Counted from the stretch's first letter, positions 8,183 through 20,300 are shown. The stretch is 64,000 nucleotides of DNA from an uncultured archaeon (GCA_964473825.1 CAYYQL010000006.1:8903-72902), one strand, 5' to 3'. Translations and numbers: made by a program. Notes: generated by a model not told the origin, from the letters alone.

Positions 8183-9153
8183 CCTTGTTCTTCCACATAC
8201 TCAGTGAGAGCTTGGAGAAAAACAGGGAAATCATTCGCTTTCATGCCAGCACCGGCGGCTTGGGGATGACCACCCCCGTGAGCATTCGGAATATCAGAAA
8301 CAACCTCCCTCAGGGCCCTATTTAGGTTGATGGGAGAATTCCTTAGTCGTATTGACAAATCAATCTCGGCGTTGTAAGAACGCGCACTTATCCCAATCTG
8401 AGAATCTGTCGCATATGCTGCGAACTTAGCGCTCTTTCCTCGGTATCCACTAATAGGCATATCAAGTACATAGCCGACCTGTCCAAGCTTTCGAGCGTTG
8501 TTATTGACATAACGCAACACCTCATGCTCTATTCGCGTTGCTTTCATAGCTAGTGTCACAATATCATCCATTGAGCTTGGACTCATCCCGAGTGTCAAGA
8601 ACCGTACTAGATCCTTTGCCGCTCGTTGATAGTCAATCTCCTGGAGTGCCTGAACAAGGATTCCCGATTCCAAGTAGAGAGTCCTCTTGTCAAAATCCTC
8701 GAAGTGTTCTCGGGCAAAGGGCGTATTATCACAGAAATCTCCTATTGCGCCATAGAGAGCGAGATGTAAGGCATGCTCTGGTAGTCGCTCAGAGAACTTG
8801 CGATAGGTCATCTCTGCAGCACTGGGGCCTCGCTCATGAAAGAAATCAACTCTCTGCCGGAGTTTGTTCTTCAGTCTGCTTGGTATTGGATGATGATCGA
8901 TCCAATGGATTGTGGTAGTCTCAGGGAACCGTGCAATCGCCTGAAGAATCCTGTCAAATCGGGATATGTTGACTGCTATGTCGCTTATTGAAACCACTTT
9001 GGGATCATCTTTTGCAATCCGAAACAGATCATGGTGAATCTGGGAAGGTCTGGTGAAATAGAAGTCGGCTCCAGGAAACGCCAGCAATGCTATTGCGCCA
9101 GAAGTGATTCCGTCAAGGTCTCCATGTGAAAGAACAACGGACTTCATTTTCAA
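8179..9153 (-). CDS. DHH/DHHA1-family phosphoesterase (NrnA/RecJ-like core)
   Basis: The motifs LSHGDLDGITSG, HWIDHHP, GAIGDF and GGGHPQAAGA are present. It lies 15 nt downstream of the preceding operon gene and overlaps the convergent OPT gene end by 4 nt. Confidence 0.8.
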   Translation of the reverse strand: MKMKSVVLSHGDLDGITSGAIALLAFPGADFYFTRPSQIHHDLFRIAKDDPKVVSISDIAVNISRFDRILQAIARFPETTTIHWIDHHPIPSRLKNKLRQRVDFFHERGPSAAEMTYRKFSERLPEHALHLALYGAIGDFCDNTPFAREHFEDFDKRTLYLESGILVQALQEIDYQRAAKDLVRFLTLGMSPSSMDDIVTLAMKATRIEHEVLRYVNNNARKLGQVGYVLDMPISGYRGKSAKFAAYATDSQIGISARSYNAEIDLSIRLRNSPINLNRALREVVSDIPNAHGGGHPQAAGAGMKANDFPVFLQALTEYVEEQG

Positions 9154-9168
9154 CCAACTCTCAATCCA

Positions 9169-10542
9169 TCAACGCTTGTATGTTTCTTCCAAAACCCGAT
9201 CCCATTCGTCCTCCCCATCCTTCGGTCTGCTCTTGCGTGCTTCAGCACGTTCCCTTCTAGACTTGGCAGCTTCTTTTCTCCTCTTCTTGATCTCCCCTTC
9301 GCGCTTCTTGCTGAGAGATTTTTCTTCTTCAGACACAATGCGTTTTGCCTCCGCTCTCCTGGTCATCCAGCTGATGACCATCGCAGCAAAGACGAAAGTG
9401 AGTGTTGTGGGTACCAGAAACAGGAGCACAATCTCTGGTTGGAGAAGCTCGGCACTGTTCTCAATTCCCGGGGGCAATGACAGGATTTGCACAAAGATGT
9501 TAGGACTCATCAAGAGAAATGAGAGTGCAACTACCGCCAAGAAACGAATCGCCGAACCCATCACGGTGGATGATAAAACATATCCCAGGGAGGGGGCTGC
9601 AGCTCTCGCAGTCAATTCGTTCTTGGCATTCGGGTCCTCATTCAGTAACTCATCTACGAATATCTGCAGACGGCGTACATCGCTGATGGCATCTAGGTTC
9701 TCCAAGGCACTTGTACTACCCGCAACCTTTCTCTCGATTGCCTCTCTCAGGAAAGAAAAGGCCGTTGCCCCTGTGGTCCGGCTCATGGCAGAATGAGAAG
9801 CGATATCCCCGCGCTCAACAGCGCTCTGTTTCTTGGTGGCAGTCCTCAGAGCGAGCAATTGTTTCTTGAGGGTTTCCTCTCGGTCTTCCACCGGTTTCCC
9901 CACAGAATGGCTGTAGACCATCTGATAGCTGATCTCAAGATATGCGAATGAAACAAGAACAAGAATCTGAAGCTCGGAAGTGACGAAGACAACAAAATCC
10001 GTGGGGAATAGAGCATAATCATAGATCGGTAAATCTCTGAATGCGGCCACAATCAAGATGGCTTGAATGGATACAAAGGCGGCACCAACAAACTTGTGCT
10101 CCATTCTGACCAGTGACTGAAGGAAGAACGCAATACCCAAGGCTGCAAATAGGAAGTACAGAAAAGTGAATGTGCTATCGTAGAGCTCGAGGGCCATTGA
10201 CATGATGTTGCCAACAAATGAGATGAACACTTCATTCACATTCGTGACTGGATCTGTTATCGCATATGGCTGGAGATACCACATTCGAAGAATTATGGTG
10301 TTATACAGACCGCTGAGAAGAGTGTTTAGGCTCTGACCTCCTGTGAATATAGCACCCAATCCATTTACAATCAATACAGCAACGAAGAAGACGATAAAGG
10401 AGAGCAGTCGAAATACAGTTACTATGAAGATGTAAGGAGCATCCCAGTCCCAATAGCCTGACAGAAGTGAATAGACTGTATACGCCATAATTGAGAACGT
10501 GATTAGAGACAGGATTCGAAGAACCCAAGTAACAACCTTCAA
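9169..10542 (-). CDS. Uncharacterised polytopic membrane protein with a basic coiled C-terminal tail; last-but-one gene of the MoxR operon
   Basis: 457 aa. It has about 6 N-terminal TM spans, a soluble segment of about 110 aa, 2-3 more TM spans, then a K/R/E-rich tail (KKREGEIKKRRKEAAKSRRERAEARK). Its start overlaps the DUF58 stop by 4 nt. Confidence 0.6.
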   Translation of the reverse strand: MKVVTWVLRILSLITFSIMAYTVYSLLSGYWDWDAPYIFIVTVFRLLSFIVFFVAVLIVNGLGAIFTGGQSLNTLLSGLYNTIILRMWYLQPYAITDPVTNVNEVFISFVGNIMSMALELYDSTFTFLYFLFAALGIAFFLQSLVRMEHKFVGAAFVSIQAILIVAAFRDLPIYDYALFPTDFVVFVTSELQILVLVSFAYLEISYQMVYSHSVGKPVEDREETLKKQLLALRTATKKQSAVERGDIASHSAMSRTTGATAFSFLREAIERKVAGSTSALENLDAISDVRRLQIFVDELLNEDPNAKNELTARAAAPSLGYVLSSTVMGSAIRFLAVVALSFLLMSPNIFVQILSLPPGIENSAELLQPEIVLLFLVPTTLTFVFAAMVISWMTRRAEAKRIVSEEEKSLSKKREGEIKKRRKEAAKSRRERAEARKSRPKDGEDEWDRVLEETYKR

Positions 10543-11882
10543 AACAGAGCAACCCCCCGCTGTTTGGCAAGATTATACTGTCGGATAATTGTGGGTAGAA
10601 AATCTTCGGGGCCGACGTTCACAACCTCTATTCCAAACCTCGCCAGAGCTCTGGCAATCTTCCTCCTCCGTTCCCACAACTCCTCGGAAACAGCCTCAGC
10701 CAAAACCTTCTCGACTGGACCAAACTGACCCACCGGAGCCTCAAACCACGGTCCGAAGGGACTGATGACCTGAGCCTTATGACCATTGGCAACAACAGTC
10801 TTCATGGCATTCAAGAGGGGAGCCGGACTCTCCTCGAGATCTGTAAGAAATATGAAGAGGCTGCGCTTCCTCGTGTTCTCAACTACATGTGCTACTGCAT
10901 TCTCATAGTCGCTCCATCCAGTCGGCTCAGCCATTGCAAGCGCCTCAAGTACGTCATACATGTGATTGGGCTTCAAGCTAGGCTTCACATAGGAGTGGAC
11001 GATGTCAGAGAATACACAGGTCCCAATGAGGTCTTTGCGCTCCAGACCCATGTAGGTGAGAAGTACAGTGGCCCGGATTGCATACTCCAGTTTTGTATTA
11101 TCGGGATAGCCATTTCCCATGCTACCCGAGGTATCAATCATGCAGACAACCTGAACATTCTTCTCCATCTCGTACTGCTTCACCATGAGATTGCCACGCT
11201 TGGCGCTGGTCTTCCAGTCAATTTTGCGGAAGGCGTCACCCGGGCTATACGGTCTGAAGCCAGCAAAGTCGGTCCCCATTCCAATGACCCTTGTTCGGTG
11301 GGCACCAAACATCAGTCCAAGCTGTCTCTGTTTTCCCAGAGACTCCATACGCCTTACGTCTTTCCAAGTGGGATAGACCAGAATCTCAGTTTCGGCCTCA
11401 AGAGTCCTGGTATAATAGTGAAACCCAAGACGGTCACGCATCACGACCTCGGTGGGTCCCAAGTAGTATCTGCCGCGGTTCTTTGCCTGTAGAATATACG
11501 AAAAGGTCATGCTGCTTCCCGGTTCTATTCTAGACGCCATGAAATTCTCACCAATTGCCAGAATCCATGTTTCGGGATATCTATCCCATACCTCAATGAA
11601 GTCGAAGTGTCGTCTTGACTTGTTCCGAATGGTGACCCTCACTCTCAGAAAATCACCTGAGAATACCTTCACTTTGTCAACCTTTCGATCCACTTCAATA
11701 CCAGAGATGTTCGCAGTAGTCGCGAATAGAGGCAAGGTAACAACCAAGCCTACAATAAGATATACTCCCAGGGTGGTCAAATAGAAGTTCGAAAACGCAA
11801 ATCCACTTGTGAGGAGTAGAACTCCTGCAAAGACAACCACGAAACCTCTCTCTGTAATCACTTTGGACCTTCTCCAGATCAA
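10539..11882 (-). CDS. DUF58 (vWA-like) protein, the usual MoxR partner
   Basis: FRPYSPGDAFRKIDWKTSAKRGNLMVKQYEMEKNVQVVCMIDTSGSM is the DUF58 signature with a MIDAS-like D.SGS. It has two N-terminal TM spans. Confidence 0.8.
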   Translation of the reverse strand: MIWRRSKVITERGFVVVFAGVLLLTSGFAFSNFYLTTLGVYLIVGLVVTLPLFATTANISGIEVDRKVDKVKVFSGDFLRVRVTIRNKSRRHFDFIEVWDRYPETWILAIGENFMASRIEPGSSMTFSYILQAKNRGRYYLGPTEVVMRDRLGFHYYTRTLEAETEILVYPTWKDVRRMESLGKQRQLGLMFGAHRTRVIGMGTDFAGFRPYSPGDAFRKIDWKTSAKRGNLMVKQYEMEKNVQVVCMIDTSGSMGNGYPDNTKLEYAIRATVLLTYMGLERKDLIGTCVFSDIVHSYVKPSLKPNHMYDVLEALAMAEPTGWSDYENAVAHVVENTRKRSLFIFLTDLEESPAPLLNAMKTVVANGHKAQVISPFGPWFEAPVGQFGPVEKVLAEAVSEELWERRRKIARALARFGIEVVNVGPEDFLPTIIRQYNLAKQRGVALF

Positions 11883-11892
11883 CCCACACAGA

Positions 11893-12879
11893 CTATCTTG
11901 GACAATCTACTTCTCCCAGAATCTTTGAAACTATGCGTTCAACCGTCAGCCCCTCAAGTTCAGCCTCAGGCTTCAGCATTAGGCGATGATTCATTGTCTG
12001 CACACAGAGCCTGCGCACATCTTCGGGGATGACGTAGTTCCTGCCTCGCATAGCAGCCCGAGCCTTAGAGGCGTTCATGAGAACTAGTGAGGCCCGCGGA
12101 GAGGCTCCAAGCAGTATCTGAGGGTCATTTCGCGTTCTAACTACAATGTCACGAATGTACGCTATGATATCCTCGTCGATGAAGACCGTCTTACATGCAT
12201 TCTGCATCTTTATGATGGTCTCCGGATTCGCCAGAGTCCTCAGATTCTCAGCTTCGCCAAGATGTTTTCGACGGATGACTTCAGCCTCTTCTATTCCTGT
12301 CGGATAGTCTAGTACAAGTCTGAACATGAACCGGTCCAACTGGGCCTCTGGGAGAGGATAAGTACCCTCCTGCTCCACCGGATTCTGGGTGGCGATGATG
12401 AGGAAGGGCTTTGGTAGTGGGCGTGTGACCCCTTCTATGGATACTTGGCGCTCCTCCATCACTTCGAGTAGAGCACTCTGCGATTTTGGTGGGCAGCGAT
12501 TGATCTCGTCTGCCAACACCAGATTTGCAAACACAGGGCCCTTTCGGAACCAGAACTCGCCCGTACTCTGATTGAAGACGTTGCTGCCAAGTAAGTCTGC
12601 AGGCAGCGTGTCAACAGTGAGCTGAATCCGTCTAAACTCACATCCCAAAATAGATGCAAATGTGCGGGCCATGTATGTCTTAGCCAACCCCGGAACACCC
12701 TCCAGTACAACATGGCCATTGGACATCATTGCAATCAGGCAATCTGTCAGTATGTCGGTCTTGCCAACAATGATCCGCTGCGCTTCTCGTATTATCTCAG
12801 TAGTCAGATTGTGTACCTCTTCGATACTCAGTATCTCCGACGTTCCACCTATCTGTCCACTCGTTTCGTCAACTGTCAT
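11893..12879 (-). CDS. moxR: MoxR-family AAA+ ATPase
   Basis: Walker A is GVPGLAKT and Walker B is LADEINR. QSALLEVMEERQVSIEG and the C-terminal lid (GASPRASL) are present. The length of 328 aa is typical. Confidence 0.9.
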   Translation of the reverse strand: MTVDETSGQIGGTSEILSIEEVHNLTTEIIREAQRIIVGKTDILTDCLIAMMSNGHVVLEGVPGLAKTYMARTFASILGCEFRRIQLTVDTLPADLLGSNVFNQSTGEFWFRKGPVFANLVLADEINRCPPKSQSALLEVMEERQVSIEGVTRPLPKPFLIIATQNPVEQEGTYPLPEAQLDRFMFRLVLDYPTGIEEAEVIRRKHLGEAENLRTLANPETIIKMQNACKTVFIDEDIIAYIRDIVVRTRNDPQILLGASPRASLVLMNASKARAAMRGRNYVIPEDVRRLCVQTMNHRLMLKPEAELEGLTVERIVSKILGEVDCPR

Positions 12880-12890
12880 TTCGTGTTACC

Positions 12891-14291
12891 TCACCTTTTT
12901 GCATTGATAAGTTTAGATTCGATGTTTCTCACAAAGAAGAAGATCTCCATCATCTCATTCTCACCAATCTTCATACCTGGATTGGAGGAGATTTCTTCGA
13001 TTCGCTCAATCTTCTCGAAGAAGCGTTCTTGCTTCAGTGTAGGATCTTTATGTTTCATCATCTCCCAGACTCGATGTGGGTCGTACTTTGTCCACATATT
13101 CGTCTTTATGATGTCCCGACGCAGTTTCCGGTATATCATCTTCACAACTCGGGCATAGTTACCCTCACGTCTGTAATAGGACATCCTCTCACTGAAATAT
13201 GTCTGACCCTTGCGCATGAATACTTCCGATACGGCCTTGACCTCAGGTTTCTTCATATCAGGGAGATACTTCCGGATCCCCACAGCTGTGACAAAGGGGT
13301 ACAGGGCCGAGAAATATGGCATTGTTGAAAGCCAGAAGGCTCGTGCTAGATAAAGACCGTAGAAGAACTCCGCAGAGGTTGGCGGTACTTCTAACAGATG
13401 CTCACAGAAGACTACGGGAATGCTGGAATTACCCTGAGTCAACCATCGAATAGCATTGCTTGCAAAACGTGCATTATCCGGCCATAGCTCAATCATGTCG
13501 TTTGTGAAAATGCTTGGATCGCTCGCAGCGACAATTCTACCTGTCACCGATGACGCACCGCCAAATCCAAGGTCTATCGCTCCAACAACAGGAAGAGAGC
13601 CATTCCATTCTCCCTCACTGGGCCAGGGGTCCTCCTTCTCAATATCAGTCTCACACCACGCACGTTCGGTGGTCCATGCTATACCTGCCAGCCCCAAGGC
13701 TGAGCGTGGACTGAGTGCTGTAGCCCAGTTTAGATGCAAGCTATTCACCCCTTGAGTCAGAGCGCCTCCATCAAGTCCTGGCCGCAAGTCAGTTATTATG
13801 GGGAGCTTCGGGCTCTTGTCATAGGAATCAAGATCGAGAAGAACACCGCCGGTGAATGACAAGATGCCACTGACAGGTAACGGACTCGATCCACCCCATG
13901 CATTGGAAATTAGAGTATTTAGCAGGAAGAATGAGTTGTTTGCAGTACCAAAGTCGTCTGCAATAAGCACACTACCGCCTGCCATCAGATGATCGAATAG
14001 AACGAGTACTGCGTCAACACTGAAGTCACGGACTGGCCCCATAATCACGAGAAGCGCATCACCCTCGTATCGAGTAATCACACTCATAGAAGACTGAATC
14101 GCGTGGGTCTCATACCCTTGTGCCTCTATCTGTTCTCTGAAGCTGCTCAGGCCATTCCAGTCTTCGTTGTAAATCCCGAAATCCTGGGGATATGTTTCCG
14201 TAACGTTGAATGCGGTAGTCGCAACTAACATGCCTACTGGAAACCAGGCAAATACGAACAGTATCATCCAGAGTCCGTCTTTCCAGCCCAT
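12891..14291 (-). CDS. DUF4350-like membrane-anchored protein
   Basis: It has an N-terminal TM span, then ALLVIMGPVRDFS...LFDHLMAGGSVLIADDFGTANN, which is a DUF4350/GldG-like pattern. It has a late TM span (YGLYLARAFWLSTMPYFSALYPFV) and a helical cytoplasmic tail. Confidence 0.55.
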   Translation of the reverse strand: MGWKDGLWMILFVFAWFPVGMLVATTAFNVTETYPQDFGIYNEDWNGLSSFREQIEAQGYETHAIQSSMSVITRYEGDALLVIMGPVRDFSVDAVLVLFDHLMAGGSVLIADDFGTANNSFFLLNTLISNAWGGSSPLPVSGILSFTGGVLLDLDSYDKSPKLPIITDLRPGLDGGALTQGVNSLHLNWATALSPRSALGLAGIAWTTERAWCETDIEKEDPWPSEGEWNGSLPVVGAIDLGFGGASSVTGRIVAASDPSIFTNDMIELWPDNARFASNAIRWLTQGNSSIPVVFCEHLLEVPPTSAEFFYGLYLARAFWLSTMPYFSALYPFVTAVGIRKYLPDMKKPEVKAVSEVFMRKGQTYFSERMSYYRREGNYARVVKMIYRKLRRDIIKTNMWTKYDPHRVWEMMKHKDPTLKQERFFEKIERIEEISSNPGMKIGENEMMEIFFFVRNIESKLINAKR

Positions 14292-14324
14292 TAGTATTCA
14301 CATCATTGGTTGACTCATCTTCAT

Positions 14325-17300
14325 CTACTCGGACATTGCTCCGACATCTATTCGTGGATAGATATCAGTGAATATGCGGACTGCCTCCTCATACGTTTCC
14401 CTGGAGATCTCGGATCCCGAGAACCGCGCCTCTTCGTAGATATACATGAACCTCTCCGCATCGGTGCTCTCCAAGGGGAGCGATTTGAGAACCCTGTCGA
14501 GGTATTCTCGAGCAGTTTCGGAAGCAAGTCGTTCCGAACCTATTTTCATTCCGCACATCTGTTCGAAGGTTCTGTACGCAAGTGTGATAGATTGGGCGTA
14601 CTTGCCCGCACCTGCGAGTTTCTTGATATTGCGGAGCTTACTCGGTATGTCCATTCCCGTTCTCTTTGTGGGACTTCTGAACATTCCCTTCACATAGTAT
14701 AGGTACAAAAGCACAACAATCACTGCTCCAGCAAGTGCTATACTTGGTACCAAAATGTCAATGAAACTTTGCATGAAACCACCTGTATTAGTTTGAATTT
14801 GAAGTGTATAAGACCCAACGGTCATGTTATTGGCATCGGAAAGAATCGTGATTGTGTAAGTGATAGATCCATTTCCCAGTTGCCCTAACCATTTGTGACT
14901 GAAATTCCCGTCGCTATCGGTGATGACAGTCTCCTCCTGACCCCCGATGGAAATCACCAACGTACGCCCAGCAATCGGCAATCTCGTGCTGCTGCCATCA
15001 TTGTACAAGGTGCCGCTGATTATCAAGTCGTCTCCGAATTGGATGCGTTCAGGGGTTGTGTTATCAAGGTCTGCGCCTATGAAGACATGAACCGCCTCGG
15101 TAGACTGTACCTCATCACCGTTGATGAGGCCTCCACCATTATATGCAAGATTCACAAAATATCGCCCGCTGGCTCGTGACCAGTCAAGAGGAATAGTGAT
15201 AGTAATGGTCGTCCAGCTCAGGGAATTGATGCGCCGGCTCTCCACTTCGGTGTCATTCAGAAACAAAAGCACAGTTCCATCGATTGCGTTACCATCTTCG
15301 TCGAGAAGACGAATATCAATCTGGATCGTTTCTCCAGCCATGACATCTTCATTGGTCAACAGGTCTACAGACAGCTCAGAACGTAGATGTATCTCAACAG
15401 TCCAAATATCAGGATTACTCTCAACATCAACATATGAGGATTCGGCAGCCACAGTAATCTCGTAGATAGCCGCCTGCGCATCTTGCGGAATCAGAATGTC
15501 AATTGAGAACTCGCCAGCTGTGTCAGTCACGGCGCTCTGACCCGTGGATGATCCATTTGCATAGACCGAGATGGTTACGTCGACGGCGGCGCCACCTTCA
15601 TTGGAGGCCGTTCCAGTGATAGTCAGGGTATCACCGCGCTCCAATGTGAAGACTGATTGTTCATCGAGAACAATCACAACGAGGTCGCGGACCTGCAAGA
15701 TCTGAGGAGAGGTCTGGGCATCTTCATAGGCAACTGAGGGAGAAACAAACCTGACAACAAAGGGCACATCCCCCAACCAGTGATCCCATGGAATTTCATA
15801 TGAAAGGGTGAAACCCCCACTACTATTTGTAGGTGATGCAGCCTCCACAGACCCATCCCAGACCAGTTCGACAGTGTAGCCAGCCATGGCGGTTCCGTTT
15901 CCAAAGGACAATGTGCCCGTTACAATCACATCTTCTCCCCGGTAGAGTGAAGACGAGATAGAATCGGCTGCGATTGCCACCGGAATGAGCTGGATATCGA
16001 TAGATATGGAGTCAGACTGGCTCGGGCTCACGAAAGAATCAGGAGGTAAACAATACGCCCAAACGACAGTTGTGCCCAGTGGTGTGGTGCTATCCAGTGT
16101 GAAGACATACTGGAAGACTCCATTGATATCTGTCTGCACGGTCCCGAGGAGAATCTGACCTTCTGTATCGGACGAATGATCCCAGTAGATATCTACATCA
16201 ACGAAGCTATAAGGTGTCCCGTTGTCCAGAACCATTGTGCCGGTAATATTGAGGGAATGCTCCCGATATACAACAGAGGGTGTTGCCCCAATCGTCCAGA
16301 CAATGGTCATAGCACTGATATTGAGAGTGCTCACATCGGACACGGTACCCGCAATCCAGTTCTCCGTTGGTTGGAGTTCGATCCATATGTCATATCTTCC
16401 CGGGCTCGTTGATTGTGGAATCTGCCACAGGATGTAGAAGTAGCCATCAGAATCTGTTGAGACCGTGCCGACATTATTGCCATCGAAGATGATTTGGAGA
16501 GTCACATATGCATATGGGACGTCCGGGCCAGATAGGTCGTAGAAGAGTGTACCATTCAGTGGGACGTAATCGCTGATGTAGTAGTCCGTAGAACCTCCTG
16601 TCATGAATCCGCTGATCAGGGTCTGCCACTGCTCAAGTTGGAGAGGTTCATGAACCGACTCGTTGGTAGACAAGAGTAGCGTACCTGCAAAGGTTGCGTA
16701 AATCTCGATTCCGACCCATTGTGTATGCTCCTGAAAGCCCGTGTGGACGAACGTGCTCTCGCCATTCGCATCGGTCAGGACCCAGTCTATCACATAGTCG
16801 GTTCCGTTATACCACCATATAGTCACATTCTCGCCCGAGATATCTGTTCCATTGGAGAAGTAGAGATGGACATAGATTGACAGAGACTCATTGAGCTTGA
16901 CAGAGCTGGAGCTGATGCTGATGTCCAGATTCACCAAGTATCTCTGAGCGTTCACTGTAAGTAGAGAGGTCGTGGCATTGGCATCGAGAGGGCTAGTGCT
17001 TGTGTAGTTGCACTTGAAGTCATACGACCCCTCACTCTGGACACCAAGCGTGAAATTGTAGAGATAGCGAAAACCTCCCGAAGAGTTTGTCTGAACCGTA
17101 CCAAGAAGAACCCAAGAATCGCCCTCAAAGAGATAAATTCGAACATCTGCGTCTGTCAGCGGTGGAGTACCGCTGCTGTAGGTCAGATTCCCTTGGATGA
17201 CGAGAGTTTCATCTAGGTAGACTGCTGCGGGAACGTCCATGCTGAAAGTGGGTTGATACAGAACAAGATCGAAACCAGCACCGGGCGCGGACGATGCATT

Positions 17301-20300
17301 GCCCCAGAGCGCTTCGGTCGAGGTATACTCCGCCCAGACCGTGACAGCACCAGGAGAGTTCGTGGTGGGAGAGCAGGTGTAGGAGAAATTGAAGAACCCG
17401 GATGAGTTAGTCGTCAGTGCAGGATACGAGTCGATTGTACCATCTCCCCAGTCCCAGTAGAGTGTCACATCCTCCCCGGCTATTCCAGTACCGTCCAGAA
17501 AGGCAAGTTGACCGTATACCCAGATTGTTTCATTCAAATGATAGGATGTCGAGTTTGTGCTGGTGGTCAGTGTCAGCTCATAGGGAATGAGATCCACGTC
17601 CCGATTCGCGGACTGAGCATCAGCCCATAGATCAGGTTTGCTGCTGTTATAGGATGCCCAGAGGCGCACGGTCTCGAAACTATCACTTCCGACACTTAGA
17701 TTATAGAAAAAGGTGAAAGCGCCGGCACTTTCTGTCAGTCTTGTGTATTGATATGTGGATGTGGAGTTCTGGTAGTATATGGTGACTGTTGCACCAGAGA
17801 TAGGAGCACCGTTCTCATCGAAGGTCAGAGTGCCGGAGAACGTTATTGTCTCATCAAGATGATACTCGGTATTATCGGTGTTAGCATTCAGGTTCAGCTG
17901 ATACAGCTGAAGCGTAATATCAGGCGTAAGAGTGTTGCTGGAATTGCCATACAGTCGACTCCAAGAAGTGAAAGCAACAGTGAGATTCACAGTACTGGGG
18001 CCATCAGAAGTGTCAAGCTCGTACGTGAAGTTGTACCAGCCAGTTGAGTTTGTGAGGCGCTGAAATGTCTGTTGAAGGGTGCCGTTGTCCCAGTAGATAT
18101 CGATTGTGGCACCGGAGATTGGAGTCCCGTTTGTGAACTGAAGTTGCCCCCAGACATATACGGTTTCATTGAGATGATAATAGGTGCTGTTTGAGAAGAC
18201 AGAGACTGCCGTTGGATAGTAAGTGACCGTGATAGTGACATTATCTGATATGTCATTGGCGAAGACATCAGAGTCAGGGGCAAATTCTGCCCAGATACTG
18301 AAGGTTTCATATCCATGGTTGAGGGGAACCTGATGGGTGAACTGATATTGACCATTTCCACCGTCCGTCAACACAACTGTCAGATTATGCGGACCCGTGC
18401 TATTGCCCCACCAGATTGTGACAGGTGCCCCTCCCAAGAGGGCGCCCATCTCAGGAACTGAAACATTCCCTGTGATATTCACATATTCAAGCGGGTGAAG
18501 CGTCGTTTCATCAACGTCTATCAACACTTCGGTGATCCATTTCTCAACTGAGATTGTCATATTAGATGAACGACTGCCGTCGTATTCTGGGTCTGTCGAG
18601 ATAAACTCAGACCAGTAGGTGACAGGACCGAGGTAACCTACCGGCACCGTGTAATTCAGTTCGTAATAGCCGCCACCTGTTGTATCCACTGTCCCAATCA
18701 ACTGAGGGGTGGTTCCATTGTCCCAGTAGATATCAACTTCCTGACCAACAAGGCCAGAGCCGTTGAGAACGTCTGTGAGATAGCCAAAGATTGTGATATT
18801 CTGGTAGGGATGGACTACTTCTGGTGCTCTTGGAGTTGAATCTATCGTGAGACTGCTTGCGCGAATAGTGACTTCAATCTGAACGGTATTACTCCAGTTT
18901 CCAAGAATGCCCGACAGGGTTGTTGTCCAGTTGGCAACAGCATCGTAGGTGCCTGTCTCTTGTCCAGCTGGGATGGTATAAGAACCACTGAAGCCGCCAG
19001 TAGAATTGGTCGAGTCGGAGTCTACTAGCACCCCATCAAAGAACATGTTGATGGTCTCGGAACTCAGAGGGGTGCCATTGAGCATCTCAGCAATTCCATC
19101 GTAGAGAAGTTCAGCACCGGGATATGCACTTGTGGGCGTCACGGTGAGAGCAATCTCTATTTTCCCAGAGAGGGTGATTGTGGAGTTTTCTGCTGAACGC
19201 GCTGGAAGGAGAATCGGGATTCCCTCGTCGTTGTATTCTCCCGCGTAACTGGACCATACTTCATGTGTACCCGGCGCCATACGAGAGTCAGCAGGATCGA
19301 CGAATATGTCAAGCTCATACGTGCCGTCTGCTTGGATTGTGGCGTTGCCCATCCATGTCTCGTCCCACATGATCTGCATCTGGTCGTTGTTCAGAGTTGT
19401 CCCATCTACCGGTTCTCCTCCCACCGTCATGAGTCCATGGGCATATACTGTGTCGTCCCAAGCTCCAGTGTAATTGTCTGAACCCAGTTTGAGATTCATG
19501 TCTATTGTTTCGGCAGGCGAAAAGACAGAATCGAAAGATGAAGGGAGGGGTTGCAGAGGATCTGGTTGAGCAACAACATAAAGCAGAGTGAAGTTTTGAA
19601 CATCATAGGTTGAGGCGTGGTATGTAGCAGTGATGTTGTGGAGACCAGGAGTTGCTCCCGGTTCATAGGAATAGGTGATGTTTGCCAGAGGCAACTCTGA
19701 GCCCTGTTCAATCATCGTACTGCCCAGCAGCATGTTATCAGTCAGATCACGAAAGACAATGAACTCTGATGTGGAAACAGGGACATAGTTAACCATGAGG
19801 AGGGCACTCAGAGTAAATTCATCACCAATCTCTATCCACCCTTCTGGAACATTCGCCCAGACCCATAGCTGAACATCGCCTTGTTCTACATTCTCGGGTA
19901 TCTCATCTCCACCCATGTCAGGAGGGAGGGGGATTGGAAGTATCTGTCGCCATTCTCCACCTTCTGATGATTCAGACATAGGGATGAAGACCTCAGCCCA
20001 GAACATCATGTGCTTCACCTTGAGAACACGATAGCCGTCCTGCGCATCACCGATTGCATAGCCCTTTGCAATCCGTGCAGGAATGTCCAAGTATCGCATG
20101 AAGACGCAATATGCGGTGGCAAAGTCCATGGGCAAACCACCACCTCGTTCCAAGAACCAATCCGTGACTTCTTGGCCAGAATCTGGACGTTCAAAGACCT
20201 CTGGTTCCTCAATCATGAGTTCAAATGTGCTCCGGAAATAGCTTTCGACAACGGATGCGGTCTGAAAGGCATTATCACCAACGTCCTCGAACTGAGTGAT

